Positions 1 to 8,849 of a stretch of DNA of 20,000 nucleotides are shown in pieces (the first letter of the stretch is position 1; every line of letters begins with the position of its first letter). The notes below the pieces were generated by a model. The model did not search any database. It was not told the DNA's origin and saw nothing but the letters and a program-made list of their open reading frames with translations. Source of the stretch: Coniocarpon cinnabarinum (lineage: Eukaryota); contig JAVECO010000120.1 of assembly GCA_051942205.1 (NCBI GenBank), positions 52,544-72,543 on the forward strand. Reading direction: 5' to 3'. Both the position numbers and the translations under genes were made by a program.

Positions 1-1132
1 TCCTCAAGATTCCGAGCTGAGCTTCTTGTGCTGTATACATTGTCGTGCAGGTGGTGAAGCTGTGAAGCATTGCGAGGTTAAATACAGTGTCAACTTTCTC
101 ACCATTGAGGACAACCACAAGCAAGGCATCATCCACGAAGAACATGTCAAGCTTCGATCCGAGCTTCTGAGCTTTCTTACGGACTGGTTTGAGAATTGGA
201 GAAAGGGTATAGAGGAACATTCTATGCTTCACACACCAAGCTCAGTGAAGACAAAATGTGAGAACGCTTCGCTCGGTATCCTACCTGAATTGTAGCTAAT
301 CGATGTGATAGACTTTGAGTGGGCGAAGGATTGGGTCCACGATCGTCTATATGGGGACGAACATCCCAACGCTGTGACATCGGCGTTGCAAAAAGAGCCC
401 GAGCTTGCTTCTTCGCCGGGACCCCAACGTAACGAAGATATCCCACCAGCGAAGCCGACCACCGTCAAAAAGCGACATACGATCATTCCAGAACAGGACA
501 GCAAAACTGTCGAAGATACTGTGGAAGATGACTCAGAGGGCCCTTTGCGCCCGACGAGGAAGCGACAGCGAATAAGCCAACCCAAGATAGGGAGGAGAGT
601 CTTGAAACGGGCCATATCAGAGGAACTTGGAGGTCCCAGCGCGAGTCAAGCTGGCATCTCACACACGCTTGATGATAGCTCGTTGCACCCAATGCTAGGA
701 ATTGACGGAAGCCCCAAAACTTGTGCGCCTACAACTCAAGACACACCTCGTCGAAAGCAACGCGTATCGAAAGAAGGCTCAAAGGCTTTGTCGTCTCAGG
801 CACACTGCGCCAGTCGAAATGTGGAGACTCCCCTATCTCCTGACTCAAGCGCAAGTCAAACGGTGGAGTTGCCAACCCCGGCTCGTACTTCTTCGCGAGT
901 TTCTGCTCGAACAGCTACAGGTGTGACAGAACACTCAGGAAGTACCCTCAGGATTTTGTCCGGGACGCAAGATTTGACAGCCAAAGTCCAAGCTCTGGTA
1001 GCGACCCATGGTCACGAGGGGACCAAGGCTATCCTCAGCATCCCAATCCATCGAATCAACGCGCGTGTCGCCGAAGCCGAGATGGCCAATGAGGCTCTTC
1101 TTGAAAGCTTACGAGCCTTGGGGGATAACTAG
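1..1132 (+). CDS. Array gene 1 (5' end outside window): uncharacterised Cys-knuckle protein, CCCC subtype inferred, with long disordered linker and C-terminal helical domain; exons <1-257, 312-1132
   Basis: Frame is open from base 2 (PQDSELSFLCCIHCR...). A 54-nt intron at 258-311 (GTGAGA...GCTAAT...ATAG) joins ORFs 26-295 and 305-1132 in frame (SVKTK-Y-FEWAKDW). It has CIHCR, a W-anchored helix (LSFLTDWFENW), basic NLS-like stretches (RPTRKRQR) and a C-terminus alignable to genes 3 and 4. The first CxxC pair is not visible in the window. Confidence 0.75.
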
Positions 1133-1541
1133 GGTCGAAGCATTTCATGTTCGGCCCGTACCGAAAGGCACTCTTGATCGATTCGAAAAGTATCTCGTTT
1201 AAAATGTTGTATGATTATCTTCGAGGACTCCGTAACACTGAGGGAGATGTATGCAGCCGCGTTGTTAACATGTAATCACTTTCAAAGCCACAGGTGAGAT
1301 CAGACGAGCGCAGTAAACATGTCCCAAAGACAAGACTATCCCCCGCTTGCACGTGAAAATCTTCGAGAGTGAGGCTTGTACAATTTTGGAGGCAAATACT
1401 AAAAGCTTCTTACTCACTCTTGACTGCCTCTCCCTTTCTTCTCACAACACAGCCATCAACCTGCACATTTTCATCTGCTGAACTACGTTCATCACATCGC
1501 TAACTGTGTCTAGTAGAAGCTAACATCGTCCATCTGAGACG

Positions 1542-2261
1542 ATGGCTACTCAAGAAGCAGTGGCGTCCCTGCAGGAAGATCAGAAAGATCAGAAAGATCA
1601 AGAAAGGACCGAGAGCAGTAACGTCCTGGACACAAGCGAAGCCAACTGCCATAACTGCAAACGCATGATTGCCGCCTGCCAATTACGCATCCCTGACAGG
1701 CGGCTCCTCAGGTGGCATCAAGACTGCCTGAGGTGTCGAGCTTATCAATCACTGTCCAGGGATGCAGCCCAGGGGAAAGTCGTCCAAGGTCAAGCAATCG
1801 ACTTCTCCGAAGTCAAAGCCAATGCCGACAAGAACCATGAGCCGAACTTCGAACTGAAGGTGGCCACCACAGCATGGCTGACTGCATTCGTCTCCGACTG
1901 GATTCGAATCATGGGCGACGCTGACGTCTTCGTACCGGACGAAGTTGCCCGACAACTCAATGAAGACGCCGTGGAACTGGTAAGGGAGCTAATGTACCCC
2001 AGTGGAGCTGGTCGTGATTTGCCAATAGACGCAAGAGAGGAGGCAGCAAGAGCTTTGCTCCTCCTCCGGGAATCAACAACGCCTAGAGCTACGGGGTCTG
2101 TGTCCAGTCATCGACGCCGAGGAACACTCGAGAAGACCGTACGATTTACCAGCGAACCACCCGACATAAGATCGGTGACACCCAATGTTCGCTCGACTGA
2201 AACCCCTGAGGAGAACTTTAGCGAGGCTGTAATTCTCGAACCCCGCATCTATCGAGAGTAA
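1542..2261 (+). CDS. Array gene 2: uncharacterised Cys-knuckle protein (CHNC-x22-CLRCR), intronless, 239 aa
   Basis: Uninterrupted ATG-started ORF. WIRIMGDADVFVPDEVARQL aligns with WTTAMAEKGYTLPTEIAVQL in the second unit of gene 5. AIDFSEVKAN resembles SVNFLTIEDN of gene 1. Confidence 0.8.
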   Translation: MATQEAVASLQEDQKDQKDQERTESSNVLDTSEANCHNCKRMIAACQLRIPDRRLLRWHQDCLRCRAYQSLSRDAAQGKVVQGQAIDFSEVKANADKNHEPNFELKVATTAWLTAFVSDWIRIMGDADVFVPDEVARQLNEDAVELVRELMYPSGAGRDLPIDAREEAARALLLLRESTTPRATGSVSSHRRRGTLEKTVRFTSEPPDIRSVTPNVRSTETPEENFSEAVILEPRIYRE

Positions 2262-2389
2262 ACGAGGGAGAAGCCGACGTCAGATTTCGCACTTTAAGAT
2301 GCACAAGCGATGCATTATGTCCGGAGACACGTCATGGCATTTGATCAGTCTATCCTCATTTGAAACCGCTAATTTGCGAGTGGAAGCCA

Positions 2390-2463
2390 AGGTGCAAGCA
2401 TGTTCTGCCTGCAAATTGCGCAATCTGGTTTAACGTTGGTAATTCGACATGACGCTAATACGC
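2390..2463 (+). promoter_or_regulatory. Conserved upstream block of gene 3 containing the palindrome ATTGCGCAAT (2415-2424)
   Basis: 2390-2430 matches 3590-3630 at 35 of 41 positions without gaps. It is followed by ATTCGACATgaCGCTAATA versus ATTCGACATagCGCTAATA. A TATA-like ATATAAA lies near 2506. Confidence 0.65.
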
Positions 2464-2573
2464 ATCTGCGCCTTGCAACTCTGCCTTTGCCTGGAATGCA
2501 ACGAATATAAACCCCACGGATGCAGCGGTGTAGCTCTGCAACCCGCTTCTTTTGACAACCCTTGACAACAATA

Positions 2574-3501
2574 ATGGATCTTCGGCCAAATGCTTCTTTG
2601 CGACACCCTCAATATTTGCGCGACAGCACTCAACAAGAGGGATCCAGTGGGCGTAAAGAACGGGCAGGGGAATCCCTAGCATGTCGAAACTGCTGTCCAG
2701 CCTCCTCGCCATTGATGCGAGACGCTAGGGGAACACAAATGAAGTCCTGTCTTCTTCATCGGTATGTTTACCAAGCACGACAGTCAACAAAATAGACCAG
2801 TCACTAAGTGACTCCAAGAATCAAAGACAACATGGGCTCCAAGTGGCGATTATGCAAGCCACAGGGAAATACTCCAGGAAACTCGGCCTATTTGAAGGAG
2901 CAGAGGCACCGCATCTGCTCGCAGGCCGTTGACACCGTCAACGCCTGGATCGGGGCTTTTGGAGATTCGCATCCTGAGGCCCTGTCCAATGAGCGACAAG
3001 ACGAGAGTGAGTCTGATCGGACTTTTACAAGGGGGGGACCTCATGCTAACCTCTTCGACGCCAGTCCTGCAATTCATACAGGAATACTTGCCTTCCTGGG
3101 CCGAAGCCTTTTTTCCCGCTGAGGATAGAGCTTCTGTAGAGGCCGAAGCCATACCAAGGCCGTCAGCATCGCCGTTGCCAGCTTCAGAAGACGCTGTCAT
3201 GACTCCCGCGCCTGACGTTGCTGAAGACGCCTCCACAATTATAGAAGCCCAGCAAGGCGCATCTGGAGAGAAACACTCAGCCGAAGTACAAGTACAACGT
3301 CTAGACAGAGCAATTTCCAATGCTCAGGCGCTGGCTGCGACGCTCGCAAGGTTACGGCATGAGAGGCCGGATATCGCCGTTGGCATCTTTTCCATGCTCC
3401 CGCCTCATTTCCGGCACGATCTGGCGTCCGACGACACAGCTAACACGGTGGCAAACCTTGCGAGCGTTCTAGACAGTCTCAGCTCCCTGCAGCAGCCTTG
3501 A
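2574..3501 (+). CDS. Array gene 3: uncharacterised Cys/His-knuckle protein (CRNC-x18-CLLHR), 270 aa; exons 2574-2761, 2819-3006, 3065-3501
   Basis: Introns 2762-2818 (GTATGT...CTAAG...AAG, phase 2) and 3007-3064 (GTGAGT...GCTAAC...CAG, phase 1) join three ORF-track fragments into one frame. The product is colinear with gene 4 and with the intronless N-terminal unit of gene 5. Confidence 0.88.
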
Positions 3502-3589
3502 AACTTGGTAGCTCCTGAATTTTGTAGGCTGAAAGGGCGTAGACCCATCAGGATACCTTGTCGAGGACATTGAAGCCGATATAAGGGCG

Positions 3590-3662
3590 AGGTGCAAGAT
3601 TTTTTTGCCTTCAAATTGCGTAATCTGGTTGGATGTTTGATTCGACATAGCGCTAATATGCC
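3590..3662 (+). promoter_or_regulatory. Conserved upstream block of gene 4 containing ATTGCGTAAT (3615-3624)
   Basis: Paralogous copy of 2390-2463, offset by exactly 1200 bp. Confidence 0.65.
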
Positions 3663-3770
3663 GCTACACTTTTCATCCCTGCCTCTACCTGTGTCGCCGT
3701 CCGAATATATCCATAATGCACATCTCTTGCGACAACCCTGCAACTTGGGTCTCTTGACAACAGCTGAATA

Positions 3771-3830
3771 TATTTGACAACGCTTCACAATACCCGACAA
3801 CACCTGATAACACCTGACGACACCTGACAA
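3771..3830 (+). repeat. 10-bp-period tandem repeat (consensus about CACCTGACAA, six degenerate units) directly before the gene 4 start
   Basis: Units read tatttgacaa cgcttcacaa tacccgacaa cacctgataa cacctgacga cacctgacaa, followed by caataATG. Confidence 0.8.
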
Positions 3831-3835
3831 CAATA

Positions 3836-4778
3836 ATGGACGTTCGACCCCCTAGCTCCCTCAACACACCCAAATACACAAGACATGCCCCCAATGCCGA
3901 AAGTTCAACGCAAGACCCTACCAGTGGGGAAGCCTTTCCACCATCCATACGTCAAGGGAAAGGCTGTCAAAACTGCTGTCCCGGCGACTCGCCCTTAATG
4001 CGTGACGTCAAGGGCAAACAACGCGCCACATGTCTCTTCCACCGGTGCGTAAAGTCGCGCTCTATGCATCTCAAGAATCAGCTACTCTCAAAATCAGCTA
4101 CTGATCGGAAAACAGCATCAAGCAGAATTGCAGCAACATGTGGTCTAGATGGTATGATCGCAAAGATCGGGAACCCGTCAAGGTGATGAGACAGCGGATC
4201 TATGTCGCTCATCGGGAGATGTTGAATGCGTGGAAGGAGGCATTTAGGGATGAGCGGCCGTCACCGCTGACGAGGGAGCTGGAAGCTCAGAGTTTGTTCA
4301 GTCCTATTATTATCGAGGTTTATGGGTCGAGCTGACATTTGAAATCTCAGTCATGAAGCACATAGAGACGTATGTGCCTTATTACGCTGAAACCTCAGAA
4401 GAAGAGACCACGCCACAGCCCGAGGCAGAGGCGGGACCCTCGGAGCCTTCGGAATCGGGCACAGCTTCTACGATTGTCCTTCCCCGCGAACAGCGCATGG
4501 CTGTAGACACGCAAGCTCCTTCGGCAAATGAAGGCTCTTCGACAAATGAAGGTCAATCTGAGCAACGCAACATTGACGCCGCCATCTCGAATCTGCAAAC
4601 TATGACTGAAGCACTGACGACGCTTCGCAACGCGAACCCGAGTCTTGCTGATGGCGTCTTTGCGATGATTCCGGTGCATTTGCGGCAGACATTGACGTCT
4701 GAAGAGATGGCTTCGACGACTGCGAAGTTGAAGAGTTTGGTGGAGGATATTGTTTCTCTGCGACGACCGTCAACTTGA
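3836..4778 (+). CDS. Array gene 4: paralogue of gene 3 (CQNC-x18-CLFHR), 270 aa; exons 3836-4044, 4116-4291, 4351-4778
   Basis: Introns 4045-4115 (GTGCGT...CTGAT...CAG, phase 2) and 4292-4350 (GTTTGT...GCTGAC...CAG, phase 1) sit at the same aligned codons as in gene 3. Shared motifs are NCCPxxSPLMRD, NAWxxAF, and AISNxQ...P-x-H. Confidence 0.88.
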
Positions 4779-5133
4779 TAGCTGGGAAGACGACGGGGGC
4801 CTTAGATGCCGTCGACCTGTGGAGAAATTCTGCGAAATTGATTTGGCTATTATGCGACAGAAGAGGATTCGAGTGCCTCACGTTTACTGTAAATTGGTTC
4901 TTACGAGAAAACCCATTAGGTGAATCCATCTGTGAATTAGCCTCACAATTTACGAATCAGGCATCGACGCCCAAGAACATCGATTCACTTCTCACCTGCA
5001 AATTATGTGACCGCGTGACAGCGTCACACTAATCAAATCCTCGCACATCCTTTGACTTCCAAAAACAAACCACATTGCCAGCTGCACGCCACGCTGCTTC
5101 TACAGTAAATCACTTGACGATAAACTAACGCCA

Positions 5134-5224
5134 CTTAGATTCACCACTCAGATTCACCACTCAGATTCACCCCTCAGATTCACCCCTCAGGTTCACCGCT
5201 CGAATTCATCACTCAAATTCATCA
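5134..5224 (+). repeat. 13-bp tandem repeat x7 (consensus CTCAGATTCACCA) about 40 bp upstream of the gene 5 start
   Basis: Units read cttagattcacca, ctcagattcacca, ctcagattcaccc x2, ctcaggttcaccg, ctcgaattcatca, ctcaaattcatca. Confidence 0.92.
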
Positions 5225-5266
5225 CCCTATTCCAACCCCCAATCCAAACATTCCAAAGCAAAACCC

Positions 5267-6274
5267 ATGGCACCCTCCCAAAGGAACGACCCCGCCACCG
5301 GCGGCTGCAAAAATTGCGCCCCCCACAATTCTCCCCTCTTCCAAACAACAGACGGCACAAAATGCCAATTATGTCTCTACCACCGCATAAGGAACCACCT
5401 CAACGGCTCATGGCGCGCTTACCGCCACAAACCAGGCACCGAACGCGCGACGGAGTGTCGCGACCGTCTCGTCAGAAAAATGCAAGGACGCGTCGACGAC
5501 TGGAAGAATGCTTTTCGGCATGTAGATCCCGCTGCGATAAGCGAGGAACAGGAAAGAAAGATAAGGACTATGATACGGACGTATCTCCCGCCGGGTGTTA
5601 AAGAAATACTGGGAAAAATCTCGGAAGAGGATATGTGGGCCCCGCCTGAGGAAATACTTGTGTATCTAAAGCCGAGGGTGCATGAGAGGTTGCGACCGAA
5701 TGTTTGTACACGCTGTGGAGAACAGGGGGCGAATTATCTGTTTTCCGATCCGCGAGATCCGGCGGAGGCGTGGGGGGAGTGTTTTCGTTGTCGGATTGAG
5801 GGGGATCTTTATCTGGAGTTTTGGATCCAGGATGTGTGGAGTGGTAGTCTCAATGAGGCGGCAAAGGAAGCGAACAATGACGGCAGCAATGATGCTTCTA
5901 ATGAATTCGCTGATGAATTCGCGGATGATGCGTCAACAGAAACTGACAAATCAAAATCAATACAACAACAAGTAGAAACCTACCTCTCCCACCAGCTAGA
6001 AAAATGGACCACCGCAATGGCAGAAAAAGGCTACACCCTCCCCACAGAAATCGCGGTTCAACTCGAAGAAACCAAAAATAGCATCCGCGACAATTGGATC
6101 CTCGATAACTACCTAACCGACACGTCAGCGAATCGCTCTCGTCCACACATACAGGCCCCTATTGACGATGAGGAAGGGCTGTGCAGTTTGCGAGACGTCT
6201 TGGGGGAGATGCTGCAATCATCTGGTGGGGAAATCGACCAGATTTTGAAGAATCTGGAGGCGTTGCGGGGTTGA
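5267..6274 (+). CDS. Array gene 5: intronless 335-aa protein with two knuckle units (CKNC-x18-CLYHR and CTRC-x21-CFRCR)
   Basis: Long ATG ORF. Unit 1 aligns with genes 3 and 4 (SPL, CLxHRI, WxxAF, I..YLP). Unit 2 aligns with gene 2. Confidence 0.88.
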   Translation: MAPSQRNDPATGGCKNCAPHNSPLFQTTDGTKCQLCLYHRIRNHLNGSWRAYRHKPGTERATECRDRLVRKMQGRVDDWKNAFRHVDPAAISEEQERKIRTMIRTYLPPGVKEILGKISEEDMWAPPEEILVYLKPRVHERLRPNVCTRCGEQGANYLFSDPRDPAEAWGECFRCRIEGDLYLEFWIQDVWSGSLNEAAKEANNDGSNDASNEFADEFADDASTETDKSKSIQQQVETYLSHQLEKWTTAMAEKGYTLPTEIAVQLEETKNSIRDNWILDNYLTDTSANRSRPHIQAPIDDEEGLCSLRDVLGEMLQSSGGEIDQILKNLEALRG

Positions 6275-7118
6275 GTGCAGAGAGTGAGGGAGAGTGTAGA
6301 CAAGGAGGGCTGAGGGAAGGAGTGGCGCTTTTTCAGGAGGCTTTGTGGGAGAGTTTGGGGGATCGGGTTGTGGGGATGCTGGCGGGGGGTATTGAAAAGT
6401 CGTACAGAGACGATGCATAGGAATGTGATTTTGCTGCGTTTTGGTGTTCCAAATGTGCGGAAAATGCTTTTATCATTTTGCGGCCGAATATTGGTATTTG
6501 TGCGTATTTGTGCCTGGATTTTGGATTTGTTTGATTTGGCTAGGACTAGGATCTAGCAGATTGGCGCAGCAGGCCTGACAAATACACTAATCCAGTGTCG
6601 ATTTCCCTCGTTTTGCACAACTTTTTCTTGTTCTGATCGAAGCAAATCTTTGATTATATTCTGCCAAGGCGATGCAATATCAAATTACACAGGCGGACAA
6701 TGTAACTCTTTTCTTCCTTCTCACATCCTCCGAGATGCCAGAATTGCTTTCTTCGCGTTGTCGCTTCTGTTGCTGGGAAGTTGGGTGTTCCAGCAGCATT
6801 GAGCGCCTCGCTGTTCCACGTTGATCTTGGAATTTTTGGTGACTTATAGGACAGTCCCCCGACGCTCTGAAAGCTCAGCATTGGCTGTACAAGCGTCTGA
6901 CCTCTCTGATCCAGGGTAAAGGCTATCTGAACCCATGTGCGTACCAGCGATAGACTCTAAACTCATTCAATCATCATTTCCTCATCACTCATATCGCTCA
7001 TATTTCTCCTTTCGTGAGTGCAGCCCAGGCTCGTTACTCAGAGATGGGAAGTCAGCATGGCTCCGAAACTTCATCAGACTTCATGGCCCCTTTGCCTTTC
7101 CATTCCCACTTACTCACT

Positions 7119-8006
7119 TCACGGCGGCACTTCCTCCCCTTTCCAGTCCCAGCACAGTCCCCTACCCTCCAGTCCCCTCGTCTTTACAACGTCAATTAAC
7201 CTTTCCGCGGCATAATCCGGACTGAACAACTTCTCTTTCTTCACGTTGCCCCAGAACTCACTGCTCAACCCCGTTTTGACCGTCCCAGGATGCAACGCCA
7301 AACTCGTTGCCTTCTCCCCACTAGTTGCTTTCAAATAGTTGTCGAATGTCTTTGTAACCTGATTCAGGGCTGCCTTCGACGCGCGATAACTGTACCAGCC
7401 TCCTAGATTGTTATCGCTGATCGAACCGACGCGCGCGGACATGTTGAGCCATGTTGCGTGATTCAAGGGGATGGTGTCGTTGGTTTGGGAAGAGTCGAGG
7501 GTTATGGACGTCGACTTTCGAGGTAGAAAGGGGGAGAAGTGTTTTAGTATTAACATAGGGCCAATGACATTGGTGTTGAATTGGGCGTGTATGTCGTCTT
7601 CCCTCAACTGTGCGGGACTCTTCTCTGGTTTGAGGATACCAGGTATGCAAAACGCAAGATGCAGATGGCTGCCTTCTCCTTCTTTTGGTCTCGTTGGGAA
7701 GCGCTGTGCACATTCCTCTGCTGCTTTTGCTATGCTGTCTTCGTTGTTGACATCCAAGTTTAATACAGTGAGACGGCTTTCAGCGTTGCCGGGGGCTTCG
7801 GCGTGGGATGAGTGTGAGGGTTGCATGCAATCGCTTTCACCTTGCGAAGGAGGTGGGTCTTCGGCGCGGAGGATAGAATCTTGTAAGCTTTGGAGGGAGG
7901 AGCGTGTGGTTGCGACGATGGGGACGGTGGTTTGGCGAAGGAGGCGACGGGTTAGATGCAGGCCGATGCCGCGGCTTGAGGGCGTGACGAGGATCCAAGG
8001 AGGCAT
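7119..8006 (-). CDS. Short-chain dehydrogenase/reductase, C-factor (CsgA)-like, 295 aa
   Basis: Rossmann motif variant ILVTPSSRGIG, SARVGSISDNNLGGWYSYRASKAALNQ (YxxxK catalytic motif) and LHPGTVKT are all characteristic of CsgA-like SDRs. Confidence 0.93.
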   Translation of the reverse strand: MPPWILVTPSSRGIGLHLTRRLLRQTTVPIVATTRSSLQSLQDSILRAEDPPPSQGESDCMQPSHSSHAEAPGNAESRLTVLNLDVNNEDSIAKAAEECAQRFPTRPKEGEGSHLHLAFCIPGILKPEKSPAQLREDDIHAQFNTNVIGPMLILKHFSPFLPRKSTSITLDSSQTNDTIPLNHATWLNMSARVGSISDNNLGGWYSYRASKAALNQVTKTFDNYLKATSGEKATSLALHPGTVKTGLSSEFWGNVKKEKLFSPDYAAERLIDVVKTRGLEGRGLCWDWKGEEVPP

Positions 8007-8849
8007 CTCTGTGGATTGGTAGGTATGATTGAGGGTGGTGAGGTGCGGCGACTAGGCTGGGTAAAGCGCTGGAGTTAACAAGAGTCGTTCACACTAAAGG
8101 TACTCTGTGGGAGGTATGGCAGTCTTTCAGCCCGCTTTAGGCGGAACTTCAAAGCATGGCGAGTGGTTTTGCCAGTGCAAAAGAGGGATTGATAGAATGA
8201 AGTTCGGGGGAGATTGGCAATGTGTGGACTTGGTGAGCTCGTATAGCTGGTTGCGTCTGGCTCTGAATCATGAATGGACCTGATCTCGGATATAACATGG
8301 GATAGCGGATATACCCGCTAGTGTACCAAAGATCATTACTGGAATCGTGCCTGAATGCGGCAAAGCTCCTGACGATCATTAAAACTTCATATCAGCTTCA
8401 GGTCATCAATTACTATCACTTCTCGACGGACATGCACTCTAGCAAATTCTTTTCGCTCGGAAACACACTAACTGAGGCGCGTCTTCAAGCATCCGATCTA
8501 CGAAGCATTATTCAACTGCACATCTGTTGCACATCCTTGTATTTTGACACCTTGCAGCTCTTGCCAGCTCCAATAGACTTTAGCCTTGTTCAACGGCGAC
8601 CCACGTATATTTCACATTTTCCAAGTCTCCCGACATCATCTTCCGGACGTCTTACCCCTTGCGCAATGCTTTAGACGTGTACTCAGCCCCTTCTTGCTTG
8701 TTTTCCAGATTTTCCTTACTGGTAGAAATGTGTTCTGTCTAGCTTTTCAGCATCTTCTTTCCCAGCGTCTTGTACGAAGCGAAGAGTCATGTACATGTAA
8801 TACTAGATATACGACATTCGTTTCATTGTATTGCAACGCACATAACAGC

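Noticed and set aside
1319..1541. Possible upstream coding exon for gene 2 (ATG 1319, donor near 1369, branch and acceptor near 1500-1513)
   Set aside because: An in-frame TAA at 1521 blocks extension into the gene 2 frame. At most this is a 5' UTR intron or uORF.
6470..6520. Ndt80/MSE-like sites (GNCRCAAAW on the - strand)
   Set aside because: They lie between two convergent 3' ends in T/G-rich sequence where such matches are expected by chance.
6654..6881. Short - strand ORFs, one frame reading RRKKRVTLSAC like the start of a Zn2Cys6 domain
   Set aside because: The frame stops three codons after the Cys and the remaining cysteines of the cluster are absent.
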